A DNA stretch of 64,000 nt, taken from the NCBI GenBank assembly GCA_038256975.1, contig JBBSJU010000002.1:1064-65063 (forward strand), written 5' to 3'. Under the pieces are notes generated by a model. That model saw only the letters and a program-made list of their open reading frames with translations, did no database searches and was not told where the DNA came from. Source of the DNA: Minisyncoccia bacterium. Lineage in GTDB: Bacteria > Patescibacteriota > Minisyncoccia > Phycocordibacterales > UBA5272. The position numbers were made by a program, and so were the translations under genes. Below, in pieces: positions 45,617 through 55,321 of the stretch (position 1 is its first letter; each line of letters opens with the position of its first letter).

Positions 45617-46261
45617 TTAATGTGCAATCGTGATTGCGGAGACCTTTTTTGCTCCAGCCTGAAAACATACCTTCTCTAGTTCTCGGAGTGTGCTTCCTGT
45701 GGTTGTTACATCATCAATAATGTATATGGTTTGCCGGTCGAGTACTTTAGGTTCCATCACCTGGAAAGCGTTACGCATATTTACCAAGCGGTCCTTTCTG
45801 GTGAGCCCCGTTTGCGCCTTTGTGTTGAGTCGTACTATTGCTTTGCTGCATACCTTGTAACGCACAGGCTCTTGTTCTTGTATTTTGGTACATAAGTATT
45901 CCATTGCATCAAATCCTCGTATTCGAACGTGGGTTTTCATATTTGGAACAGGAAGAAGAATAACTTGAGTTTGTTCGTTGAGGGCGATATCCGCTCCTTG
46001 TATTTCTTGAATAGTTTCGTGCATAAGTGGGGCAAAACAGTCTGCAACTGAGCGCATGTGTTTAAATTTAAGCGCATGAATTGTATTTCTGACACCATGG
46101 TCTTGATAAGAAAATAGGCTATGTATCCAAGGATCTTCTTGATAGGGGGCGAGGGGGAAACCTTGCAGGCACATTTCACAAACAGAAACATTTCTTTTGC
46201 CACACACAACACATGTTTCTGGAAAAAGAAAGGAAATAATCCTTGAGAAGAATGATTTCAT
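45617..46261 (-). CDS. comF: ComF family competence protein
   Basis: FP..CVVC..VCEMC, VP..RGF, IIDDVTTTGST. Confidence 0.9.
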   Translation of the reverse strand: MKSFFSRIISFLFPETCVVCGKRNVSVCEMCLQGFPLAPYQEDPWIHSLFSYQDHGVRNTIHALKFKHMRSVADCFAPLMHETIQEIQGADIALNEQTQVILLPVPNMKTHVRIRGFDAMEYLCTKIQEQEPVRYKVCSKAIVRLNTKAQTGLTRKDRLVNMRNAFQVMEPKVLDRQTIYIIDDVTTTGSTLRELEKVCFQAGAKKVSAITIAH

Positions 46262-46313
46262 AGATTAATGTATGGGTAGCGGTATTATATAGCGTGATAT
46301 ACTAGGAAAAAGC

Positions 46314-47429
46314 ATGTTCGAATTCCTTAAGAAAATTATACCAGGTTCATCTCAAGGTGGTCATGGATCAAGCGTGCTTGGTATTGATATTGGAAGTTCT
46401 GCTATTAAAGTAGTGCAGTTGCGTAAAAAGGATGGTAAAGCAATTCTTGAAACATACGGTGCACTCGCTCTTGGTCCCTATGCTGGCTTGGAAGTAGGGC
46501 AAGCAACCAATTTAGATCAAGTAAAGGTTGCACAAGCACTCACCGATATTATCCGTGAAGCGAAAGTGACTACAAAAGACTGCGCTATAGCCATTCCGCT
46601 TTCGGCAAGCTTAGTGCGCACGGTGACACTTCCTCGGGTGAGTGAAAAAGAATTAGCAACCATGGTTCCTATTGAAGCGCGCAAATATATTCCTGTGCCG
46701 ATCGGAGAGGTAAATTTAGATTGGTGGGTTATTCCAAATCAAGCTGTTGAAAGTGAAACTGAAGACGAAGCGACACGAGTGCCAAAAGTCGAGGTCCTTA
46801 TTGCAGCTATTCATAATGAAACTGTTGAGAAGTACAAAGTCATTAGTCAGACAGCAGGTATAGTGCCTACTTTTTATGAGATAGAACTCTTTAGTACAGT
46901 GCGCTCTGTACTTCGTCGCGAAATGTCGCCAACACTTGTGATAGATATTGGGGCAGGCGCTACAAAAGTTTCTTTGGTGGAGCGTGGGGTACTTAAACGC
47001 TCGCACCACATCAATCGTGGTTCGCAAGACATCACCCTTGCTATCTCCCGATCTCTGGGTGTTTCTATAAAACAAGCCGAAGACATGAAGCGTCGCTATG
47101 GAACGCTTGGCAAAAAAGATGACGATGCTATTCGTGAATTAGTTGAACTCACCTCGGAATTTATTTTTAGCCAAGCTGCTCAAGTTGCGCTTGCGTACGA
47201 ACGCCAAGAAAACAAAATTATTAAAAAAGCAATTCTCACCGGCGGTGGGGCACTGCTTAAAGGTGTACTTACTGATGCGCAAGAAAAACTTGAAATGGAA
47301 GTAATCACAGGACATCCGTTCTCCGTTGTGGAGGCTCCGGTATTTTTACACGATATTCTCTCCCAAGCGGGTCCAGAATTTGCTGTGGCTATTGGTCTTG
47401 CACTTCGCAAACTTGAAGAGTTGGGGTAG
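46314..47429 (+). CDS. pilM: Type IV pilus assembly protein PilM
   Basis: GIDIGSSAIKVV, EARKYIP, VIDIGAG.T, LTGGGA, AVAIGLALR. Confidence 0.95.
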   Translation: MFEFLKKIIPGSSQGGHGSSVLGIDIGSSAIKVVQLRKKDGKAILETYGALALGPYAGLEVGQATNLDQVKVAQALTDIIREAKVTTKDCAIAIPLSASLVRTVTLPRVSEKELATMVPIEARKYIPVPIGEVNLDWWVIPNQAVESETEDEATRVPKVEVLIAAIHNETVEKYKVISQTAGIVPTFYEIELFSTVRSVLRREMSPTLVIDIGAGATKVSLVERGVLKRSHHINRGSQDITLAISRSLGVSIKQAEDMKRRYGTLGKKDDDAIRELVELTSEFIFSQAAQVALAYERQENKIIKKAILTGGGALLKGVLTDAQEKLEMEVITGHPFSVVEAPVFLHDILSQAGPEFAVAIGLALRKLEELG

Positions 47430-47459
47430 TTGACAGATGTAGTACTTTTGTGCTATAAT
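47430..47459 (+). promoter_or_regulatory. Consensus sigma70 promoter of the inserted cassette
   Basis: TTGACA-17 nt-TATAAT with extended TG. Confidence 0.85.
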
Positions 47460-47607
47460 GAAAAGAGTCAAAAAGCTCTTTAAAACAAGGTTTGCCCTAG
47501 CTTTAAGTATTTAGAAAATTTGAATATTTGAAGCTGGGGTAGAACTAAGGGTCATTTCGACCTAAGCTATTCTTGCAAGGCGAAATTCCATACAGGAGAA
47601 AAGCGCC

Positions 47608-48168
47608 ATGGGTAACCATAACGAATTCGTAGCACAGGTGGTACGTCATCTACCAGAGATGACGGTCGCGGTCCGGCAACATTGGATAAAAAATCCAGGT
47701 CTGCTCAAGACGGCTTTGGCAACCGCCCTTGCCACCACCTTCCTGACGGGTGAGTACTTCATTACTCGTCCAGGGCTCTGGGTATCCACCGACTTCAAGT
47801 TGCGGATCACTTCCGCCTACCCCGAAGCACTTGTGCCCCGGGGACTTCATGGGGTGGAAAGTTTTGATTTGACGAATGGCTCGTCGGACCAAGACATCCT
47901 CACCAAGATGGGCGGCGAAGAAAACGTGCTCAAGCACGCTTTTACTCCCGATCAGCTCAGCGACCTGATCAATCTCCAGGAAAATGGGGAGTCTGGCCAG
48001 CTTCAGAACAACGGCTGCGCCAATCTATTCTACGTGGTTGGTGCAAACGGAGTGCTCTTCGTGGTCAGCGTCCTCTGGTACGCTGACGGTCGTGGGTGGA
48101 GCGTGAGCGCGTGGGAGCTCGGTGGGGTTCGCTGGCCTGCGGGTCTTCGGGTTTTTCGCAACACCTAG
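47608..48168 (+). CDS. Putative DGR target (variable) protein
   Basis: C-terminus FVVSVLWYADGRGWSVSAWELGGVRWPAGLRVFRN resembles the V.V.W...GW.V.A......W..G..VF.RN variable region of CPR DGR targets; GC-rich. Confidence 0.7.
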   Translation: MGNHNEFVAQVVRHLPEMTVAVRQHWIKNPGLLKTALATALATTFLTGEYFITRPGLWVSTDFKLRITSAYPEALVPRGLHGVESFDLTNGSSDQDILTKMGGEENVLKHAFTPDQLSDLINLQENGESGQLQNNGCANLFYVVGANGVLFVVSVLWYADGRGWSVSAWELGGVRWPAGLRVFRNT

Positions 48169-48211
48169 ACTTTTTGATTCTGAGGTTAAGAAATAAAATT
48201 TGTTTTACTTT

Positions 48212-48246
48212 GCCCGCGGCGTTCCTACGCCGCGGGTCTTTCTTTT
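48212..48246 (+). terminator. GC-rich hairpin (terminator and/or DGR target stem-loop)
   Basis: cccgcggcgt-tcct-acgccgcggg then tctttcttttg. Confidence 0.8.
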
Positions 48247-48321
48247 GTATTAAAAAGGGAATAACTATCAACACTTGCTATAGCCAAAAAAAAGGTGGAA
48301 GGGTATACTATAGAGTAAGTT

Positions 48322-49002
48322 ATGGATGCTCAAACATCATTTATTCCAAAGCGTACCTTAGATACTCAAACTCGCATTGAACGTGCCGATACGGTAAATA
48401 TTTTTACCGTACTTTCTACACTCGTTTTCTTTATTATTCTTTTAGCATCGGGCGGTATATTTTTCTGGAAACAAACACTCCAAAGTCAGGTTGCAGAAGT
48501 TGAAGCGCAATTGGTAAGAGAAAAAGAATCTTTTAATGAACAAGGCATCGTAGACCTTACGCGTCTTGACCAGCGTCTTACTGCTTCGGCCCAACTCCTT
48601 GATTCTCGTCTCTATACATCGAAGATATTCCAGCTTTTGAATGACAACACTATTAAAACGGTTCGTTTCGGCAAGTTTACTATCGACCCGCTCCTCACTG
48701 ATAAGAGTAAACTAAAAGTCACGGTAAGTGGGCAAGCCAAGGATTATGCATCTGTTGCTTTGCAGTCGGATATTTTCTCAAAACTGAGCGATGCAGTACT
48801 TGAGTATGAATTTTCAAATCTTACTTTAGATCAAGCAGGAAATGTACTCTTTGATATGAGTGCAATAATAAACAAGCAGGCGGTTTCATTTGATGCAATC
48901 TCGCAGCAGATTGATTACTCACAATCGCTCTCAAGTGGAGCTTCGGATGTACCTGCCTCAAGTGAGGGTGAAGTAGTAAATGATCCATTTCCTATAAATT
49001 AA
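48322..49002 (+). CDS. PilN-like protein
   Basis: TM + coiled coil + ferredoxin-like domain; position in the pil cluster. Confidence 0.7.
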   Translation: MDAQTSFIPKRTLDTQTRIERADTVNIFTVLSTLVFFIILLASGGIFFWKQTLQSQVAEVEAQLVREKESFNEQGIVDLTRLDQRLTASAQLLDSRLYTSKIFQLLNDNTIKTVRFGKFTIDPLLTDKSKLKVTVSGQAKDYASVALQSDIFSKLSDAVLEYEFSNLTLDQAGNVLFDMSAIINKQAVSFDAISQQIDYSQSLSSGASDVPASSEGEVVNDPFPIN

Positions 49003-49004
49003 TT

Positions 49005-49568
49005 ATGATGCGACTTATTTTTAATGCAGTTCTCCTCGCCGCTTCAATCGCAATTATTTTTGTGTATATTAAGCCAACATATGAGGATGCTTCCCAGGGG
49101 ATAGTTGCTTTGCAGGAAAAGAAGGCAAATCTTTTGCAGGCGCGTTCTGACCTCGATGTTCTAAAAAGAAAACAAACAGAGTTGTTTGCTTTGCGAAATG
49201 AGATTTCTCAAAATGATTTGAACAAGCTTGAACGAATGTTGCCAAAAGAAATCAATCCAGTTCTCTTTATTATGGAGCTTGATACTATTGCACGTGATCA
49301 AGGAATGTCACTTAAAAATATTAAGTTTGATGATGCTAAAAAAGAACCAACAGGCGCTACTCTCCCAAGTGCTACTCCAAAAAAGACATATGAGACCTTC
49401 ACAGTAACATTTGATGTTGCTGGGCGATATCAAAATTTCAGCACATTCCTTGATCTTATTGAACAAGGATTGCGTGTTACAGATGTTACTTCGGTGGTGT
49501 TGACTGCAAATGATAGGGTCGATGTGTATCAGTACACTGTTAAGGCACAGACGTATTGGATGAAATAA
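49005..49568 (+). CDS. pilO: PilO-like protein
   Basis: TM, coiled coil, MLP, G.Y..F..FL..IE...R. Confidence 0.8.
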   Translation: MMRLIFNAVLLAASIAIIFVYIKPTYEDASQGIVALQEKKANLLQARSDLDVLKRKQTELFALRNEISQNDLNKLERMLPKEINPVLFIMELDTIARDQGMSLKNIKFDDAKKEPTGATLPSATPKKTYETFTVTFDVAGRYQNFSTFLDLIEQGLRVTDVTSVVLTANDRVDVYQYTVKAQTYWMK

Positions 49569-49569
49569 T

Positions 49570-49962
49570 ATGCAAAATAAACTTAAACCAATTCTCATTA
49601 TTCTCGGACTCGTCGCCCTTGGGGCCATTGTCTATATATTCCTTATTCGTGATCCAGACACAGCGTCACTCACTCGTACAACCCCTGGCGGGACAACTCT
49701 TCCGGCTGGGAGTGCGCGCCCATCGGACCAGGTAAATGTTGAGCAGTTTCAAAAACTTCTTACAGAGCTCAACAGTATACGACTTGATAGAGGAGTGTTC
49801 TCAAGAGAGCAATATCCAAACCTTATTGACCACACTCAGAATGCACTCATAAAACTCGACCAAACAAAAGCTGTTGCACCGCTGGGTAAACAAAACCCAT
49901 TTCAAGCATTAGACGGCATGTCAGCATCGGTAATTTTACAAGGAACCCCTAGTTCTCGTTAA
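49570..49962 (+). CDS. Pilus-cluster anchored protein (PilP position)
   Basis: TM; GKQNPF motif. Confidence 0.6.
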   Translation: MQNKLKPILIILGLVALGAIVYIFLIRDPDTASLTRTTPGGTTLPAGSARPSDQVNVEQFQKLLTELNSIRLDRGVFSREQYPNLIDHTQNALIKLDQTKAVAPLGKQNPFQALDGMSASVILQGTPSSR

Positions 49963-49967
49963 TTGGT

Positions 49968-51713
49968 ATGCTTTTAGTCGACGAACTAGTACGACTGGGA
50001 TATCTCACAGAAGTTGCTGCAAATCAGGCCCTCTCTGAGCATCGTGCGGTGGAGGACGAAGCGCCTATTGATGCGTATGTAGAAAAATATGGCGTAACTG
50101 AAGATCAGCTTTTGAAGGCGCGCAGCAATCTCTACGGTATTCCTATTAGAAAAATAGACCCAAAGACAATTGATCCCCAAGTATTGAAATATATTGCCCA
50201 AGAGTCTGCGGCGCAGTATAAATTCATTCCGCTCGCCGTCAATGACGGTATTCTTGAGGTGGGGATGGTTGATCCTGAATTTTTGTCTGCAAAAGATGCC
50301 TTACAGTTTATTTCGGCAAAAATAGGTTTGCCGTACGCTATAGTTTTAATCGCTCAATCTGAGTTCGACAAGGCGCTTGAAATGTATCGTGGAATAAGTG
50401 GTGAGGTAGACAAGGCGCTTGAAGAATTCGGTGTTGAAAATTTAGATGATACCGACAATAAGTACTCGAACGATAAAGATCTCACTGAAGCATATAAAGC
50501 CGTGGCAAAAGGCGGGAATGCGAATGCGATTGTTGAAGATGCACCTGTAACAAAAATTGTTTCAGTTATTTTACGTCACGCGCTTGAGCAAAATGCATCA
50601 GATATTCATATCGAACACGTAGGAGATAAGGTGAAGGTTCGTTTCCGAATCGACGGTGTTCTTGAAACGAATATCACGCTTCCTCCAACCGTGCATAGTG
50701 CTGTTGTTGCGCGTATAAAAATTATGGCAAGTTTAAAACTTGATGAAAAACGTAAACCCCAAGACGGACGTTTTTCTTCGATGTTTAATGGACATAAAAT
50801 AGACTTTCGTGTTTCGTCGCTTCCTGCATATTACGGTGAGAAAGTGGTAATTCGTATTCTCGACTCATATCGTGGAGTAAAGCCTCTTGAAGATGTTGGG
50901 TTTACCACAGAAGCACTGCAGATTATTCGTGACAGTATTCGCCGCCCGTACGGACTTATTCTGATTAGTGGTCCAACTGGAAGTGGAAAAACGACCACAC
51001 TCTATTCGATGTTAAATGAAATTGACCGTGACAAACAAAACGTTGTTTCTCTTGAAGATCCGGTAGAATATAATATTCCGGGACTGAATCAGTCGCAAAT
51101 TATGCCAGAAATTGGCTATACGTTTGCTACGGGATTGCGTTCTATTTTGCGCCAAGACCCCGATGTGATCATGGTTGGTGAAATTCGCGACAAAGAAACA
51201 GCGCAGCTTGCCATTCAAGCCGCACTCACTGGACACCTCGTACTCTCTACAATTCACACCAATAGTGCTATTGGTGTTATTCCACGTCTTGTTGATATGG
51301 GAGTAGACCCATATTTGATTGCTCCAACACTTATTCTAACTATGGCACAACGCCTTGTGCCAAAAATAAATCCAGAGTGCAAAAAAGAAGTTCCACACGA
51401 GGAAAGCATGCGCTCAATGATTCAAAAAGAGTTTGAATCATTACCAGATGAATTTAAAAAGAAGCTCAATCTTACGCGACCATTTTTTGAAGCAGAAGGG
51501 AATGAAGATGTTCCATCTGGCACTACGGGACGTGTGGCTGTGCTTGAAATTCTTCCTATTACCAAAGAGATTGAGCATGTTATTTTAAATGGTGCTCAGG
51601 AACCTGATATTGAAAAAGTTGCACGAGCACAGGGAATGCTCACCATGAAGGAAGACGCCCTTCTTAAAAGTATGGATGGATTTGTGCCACTTCGTGAGGC
51701 ATACAATCTGTAA
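49968..51713 (+). CDS. pilB: Type IV pilus extension ATPase
   Basis: ASDIHIE, PQDGR, GPTGSGKTTT, EDPVEY, RQDPDVIMVGEIRD, TGHLVLST. Confidence 0.95.
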   Translation: MLLVDELVRLGYLTEVAANQALSEHRAVEDEAPIDAYVEKYGVTEDQLLKARSNLYGIPIRKIDPKTIDPQVLKYIAQESAAQYKFIPLAVNDGILEVGMVDPEFLSAKDALQFISAKIGLPYAIVLIAQSEFDKALEMYRGISGEVDKALEEFGVENLDDTDNKYSNDKDLTEAYKAVAKGGNANAIVEDAPVTKIVSVILRHALEQNASDIHIEHVGDKVKVRFRIDGVLETNITLPPTVHSAVVARIKIMASLKLDEKRKPQDGRFSSMFNGHKIDFRVSSLPAYYGEKVVIRILDSYRGVKPLEDVGFTTEALQIIRDSIRRPYGLILISGPTGSGKTTTLYSMLNEIDRDKQNVVSLEDPVEYNIPGLNQSQIMPEIGYTFATGLRSILRQDPDVIMVGEIRDKETAQLAIQAALTGHLVLSTIHTNSAIGVIPRLVDMGVDPYLIAPTLILTMAQRLVPKINPECKKEVPHEESMRSMIQKEFESLPDEFKKKLNLTRPFFEAEGNEDVPSGTTGRVAVLEILPITKEIEHVILNGAQEPDIEKVARAQGMLTMKEDALLKSMDGFVPLREAYNL

Positions 51714-51733
51714 AAATACGCTATACTATTCTT

Positions 51734-52798
51734 ATGGCACTCGACTACAAACTAGAACTCGTTGATCTTATTTCTACCGTTATTAAAGAAGGTGGATCAG
51801 ATATTCATTTCTCGGTAGGGAGTCACCCCATTGTCCGTATTTCTGGAGATCTTATTCCGCTTACTCGCAAACCAGAACTCACAGCTGAAGATACGGTTGG
51901 GTTTGTTCGAGAACTTCTAGACGATCAAAAACTAAAAAGATTTTTGGATACTCAAGAAATTGATTTTTCATACGAGTATCAAGATACGCGTTTGCGTGGG
52001 AATGCTTTTTTCCAGAAAGGCGTTGTGAGTATTGTGATGCGATTGGTGCCCAAGATAAAAACTCTTACCGAGCTCAATCTGCCACCAATTCTTGCAACAT
52101 TCGCAGAAAAACGCCAGGGATTCTTTTTGGTTGTTGGTCCAGTTGGCCATGGAAAGTCAACAACACTTGCTGCTTTAATTAATCTCATCAATCAAAATCG
52201 TCGAGAACACATTGTGACCGTTGAAGATCCGATCGAGTATGTGTATGTGAAAGATAAATCTATTATCGACCAACGTGAAGTTGGATTAGATACAAAAGAT
52301 TTTCAGTCGGCACTGAAATCTGTGTTTCGCGAAGACGTCGACGTTATCTTGATTGGTGAAATGCGAAATGCAGAGACCATCGCTACAGCTGTTACTGCAG
52401 CTGAAACAGGACACCTGGTCTTCTCAACGCTCCACACAAACTCTGCCTCTCAGACAGTTGACCGTATTATTGACGCCTTTCCAGGTGATCAGCAGGATCA
52501 GATTCGCACACAGCTTGCCGGGTCGCTTCTGGGAATTTTCTCTCAGCGGCTGATTCCACGTATTTCAGGCGGCCTTATTCCTGCCTATGAGCTTCTCATT
52601 AACAATAATGCAGTAGCAAACTTAATTCGCGAGCGTCGAACGAATGAGATTAACCTTGTGATTGAAACAGGTACGGAACAGGGAATGATCGACCTTAATC
52701 GCTCACTTGTTGATCTGGTTCGCCGAGGTGAAATTACTGTTGAGTCAGCTTTTAGCTATTCAACAGACCCACACGCTCTTGAGCGTCTTCTTCAATAG
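51734..52798 (+). CDS. pilT: Type IV pilus retraction ATPase
   Basis: SDIH, GPVGHGKSTT, EDPIEY, QREVG.DT, AAETGHLV, ANLIRE. Confidence 0.95.
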   Translation: MALDYKLELVDLISTVIKEGGSDIHFSVGSHPIVRISGDLIPLTRKPELTAEDTVGFVRELLDDQKLKRFLDTQEIDFSYEYQDTRLRGNAFFQKGVVSIVMRLVPKIKTLTELNLPPILATFAEKRQGFFLVVGPVGHGKSTTLAALINLINQNRREHIVTVEDPIEYVYVKDKSIIDQREVGLDTKDFQSALKSVFREDVDVILIGEMRNAETIATAVTAAETGHLVFSTLHTNSASQTVDRIIDAFPGDQQDQIRTQLAGSLLGIFSQRLIPRISGGLIPAYELLINNNAVANLIRERRTNEINLVIETGTEQGMIDLNRSLVDLVRRGEITVESAFSYSTDPHALERLLQ

Positions 52799-52803
52799 TA
52801 GTT

Positions 52804-54009
52804 ATGATTTTTGATTATAAAGTAATAAACGATACTGGATCACAAACAAAAGGTACTATCGACGCGCTGAATAAAGAGGTGGCCATTTCTTCTCTTCAGC
52901 GACGTGGTTTTATTATTCTGGATATTAAAGAGCAGGGCACAAACAAAGGTATTTTTTCAAACATTGAATTCTTTGACCGAGTCAAACAAAAAGACGTGGT
53001 GATTCTTTCCCGACAGATAGCTACTCTTTTTGAAGCCGGTGTCTCAGCACTTAAGGTCTTTCGCCTCCTTTCTGCTGAAATGGAGAACGAGAGTTTACGA
53101 AAAGTGCTTACGGAAGTTTCAGATGATCTCCAGGGTGGGTCTTCAATTTCAAACTCACTCGCAAAACACCCAAAAGTGTTTACTTCGTTTTATGTGAATA
53201 TGGTCAAGGCTGGTGAAGAATCTGGAAAACTTAATCAAACGTTTAATTATTTAGCAGATTATCTTGACCGTACATATGAGCTCACTTCAAAAACAAAAAA
53301 TGCTCTCATCTACCCATCATTTGTAATTGGAACGTTCTTTATTGTAATGATCTTGATGCTGACACTTGTAATTCCAAAACTTTCAGTCATTATTCAAGAT
53401 TCCGGTGGTGAAATTCCAATTTATACAAAAGTTGTTATTGCTCTTAGTGATTTCCTTGTTAATTACGGAATTTTTATCCTTATTTTTATTGCACTCGCAT
53501 TTGCCTACCTCTATTGGCAAAACGGACGTAACCCAGATAAAAACATTTGGGATACCCTGAAGCTCCAAATTCCGTATATCAAAACTATTTACGAAAAGCT
53601 CTATCTGTCTCGTATTGCAGACAATCTCGATACCATGCTCTCATCAGGCATTCCTATTGTGCGTGCTCTTGAAATTACCTCTGCCGTAGTTGAAAACAAA
53701 GTCTATGAGCAGGTGCTCGTAGCAAGCACGGAATCCGTGAAAGGGGGAGCACTTATTTCGGAAGCCTTTGCAAAGCATAAAGAAATGCCAAACCTGATGA
53801 TCCAAATGACAAAAATTGGCGAAGAGACAGGGGAGCTTGGGTATATTCTTAAAAATTTGGCGCATTTTTATAAACGGGAAGTAGACAGTGCGGTGGATAC
53901 TCTTGTAGGACTTATTGAGCCGGTCATGATTGTAGCACTTGGCGTGGGAGTAGGACTTTTGCTTACCTCAGTACTTATCCCAATTTACAATATCGCAGGA
54001 AGTATTTAG
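52804..54009 (+). CDS. pilC: Type IV pilus platform protein (GspF family)
   Basis: RQIATL..AG, GEESGKL, ALIYP, GEETG.L, IEP. Confidence 0.95.
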   Translation: MIFDYKVINDTGSQTKGTIDALNKEVAISSLQRRGFIILDIKEQGTNKGIFSNIEFFDRVKQKDVVILSRQIATLFEAGVSALKVFRLLSAEMENESLRKVLTEVSDDLQGGSSISNSLAKHPKVFTSFYVNMVKAGEESGKLNQTFNYLADYLDRTYELTSKTKNALIYPSFVIGTFFIVMILMLTLVIPKLSVIIQDSGGEIPIYTKVVIALSDFLVNYGIFILIFIALAFAYLYWQNGRNPDKNIWDTLKLQIPYIKTIYEKLYLSRIADNLDTMLSSGIPIVRALEITSAVVENKVYEQVLVASTESVKGGALISEAFAKHKEMPNLMIQMTKIGEETGELGYILKNLAHFYKREVDSAVDTLVGLIEPVMIVALGVGVGLLLTSVLIPIYNIAGSI

Positions 54010-54087
54010 CCCTAGGCATAAAATGTGTGAGTGCTATACTATATGTAGGCTAACGTAGCCGATAAATCAAAACGTTTTCATTCAATT

Positions 54088-54459
54088 ATGTCTAATATTA
54101 AAAAAGGTTTTACCTTGATAGAACTCTTGGTGGTAATCGCGATCATCGGTATTCTCGCGACAGTGGTACTTTCATCTTTAGGTAGTGCGCGAACAAGTGC
54201 GAACGATGCAAAAACAAAAGCGCAAGTTTCTGGTGCTCGTGCCGAAGCAGAAATAATTGCCTCAGCTAATAATGGATCGTACGCTACTGTTTGTCCTGGA
54301 CTAGCAGCTTTTGGAGCCGTTGAAGGAACAAACTGTGCCGACAGTGCTACTGCGTGGGCTTTCAGTAGTCCTATTTCAGGTGGTCATTTTTGTGCAGACA
54401 GTACAGGAGTTGCGGCAACAAGTTCTTCTGCCGTGACAACAACACCTTCTTGTCCATAA
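54088..54459 (+). CDS. Major type IV pilin
   Basis: KKG^[17 protein letters not shown]; four Cys; own promoter and terminator. Confidence 0.93.
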   Translation: MSNIKKGFTLIELLVVIAIIGILATVVLSSLGSARTSANDAKTKAQVSGARAEAEIIASANNGSYATVCPGLAAFGAVEGTNCADSATAWAFSSPISGGHFCADSTGVAATSSSAVTTTPSCP

Positions 54460-54477
54460 AAGATCTTTCTCTAATCT

Positions 54478-54506
54478 AAAAAACCACCCATTGGGTGGTT
54501 TTTTGT
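54478..54506 (+). terminator. Terminator after pilin
   Basis: aaaaaaccaccca-t-tgggtggttttttg. Confidence 0.8.
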
Positions 54507-54520
54507 TTTATAATACATGA

Positions 54521-55321
54521 ATGGAATTTCTTAATCTTGGACTTATTTTTATTTTCGGCACAATCATCGGCAGTTTCTTGAATGTAGTCATATATCGCCT
54601 CGGCACTGGGTTTTCTATACACAAAGGGCGCTCTCGGTGTTTTTCTTGCAATAAAACTCTTGCTTGGTACGAACTTATCCCGATCGTGAGCTTTGTATTG
54701 CAAAAAGGACGTTGTCGGGTATGTCAGGCACAACTTTCATTGCAGTACCCGCTCGTAGAGGTTTTTACCGGAATACTTTTTATTTTTTCTGCATACAGCA
54801 CATCGTTTAATATTTTTCAGACATCAGCACAAACCCTCGCAATTTTTATTTTCTACGCAGCTATAAGCTCATTTCTGGTTGTTCTTTTTGTGTACGACGT
54901 AAAGCATAAGATACTTCCAAGTTTGGTACTCTATTCTTTTGTGGCGATTTCTTTTGTGCACACGCTTTTCTTGTTTGTTGGAAATGAGAGAACTTTACTT
55001 GATGTTTTCTCGAGCCTCATTTTAGCAGCACCTATTTTTATCTTGTGGCTTATTTCAAAGGGGAAGTGGATTGGATTTGCGGACGGAGTTCTTTTTCTTG
55101 GTGTTGGATTTCTTCTCGGGTTTGTACTTGGAGTACAGGCATTTCTTTTTGCATTTTGGATTGGTGCGATAGTTGCCCTTATTCTCACGTATATTTCGCC
55201 TCGTCGGTTTGGTTTTAAGTCAGAGATACCGTTTGGTCCATTCATTATTCTGTCCACGCTATTCTTTTTGTACACACAAAGCGATATACTAGGAGTATCA
55301 CTTCTCTATGATCTCTTTTAA
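54521..55321 (+). CDS. pilD: Prepilin peptidase
   Basis: GSFLNV..YR, RSRC..C, GRCRVC, YD, G.AD, IPFGPF. Confidence 0.95.
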   Translation: MEFLNLGLIFIFGTIIGSFLNVVIYRLGTGFSIHKGRSRCFSCNKTLAWYELIPIVSFVLQKGRCRVCQAQLSLQYPLVEVFTGILFIFSAYSTSFNIFQTSAQTLAIFIFYAAISSFLVVLFVYDVKHKILPSLVLYSFVAISFVHTLFLFVGNERTLLDVFSSLILAAPIFILWLISKGKWIGFADGVLFLGVGFLLGFVLGVQAFLFAFWIGAIVALILTYISPRRFGFKSEIPFGPFIILSTLFFLYTQSDILGVSLLYDLF

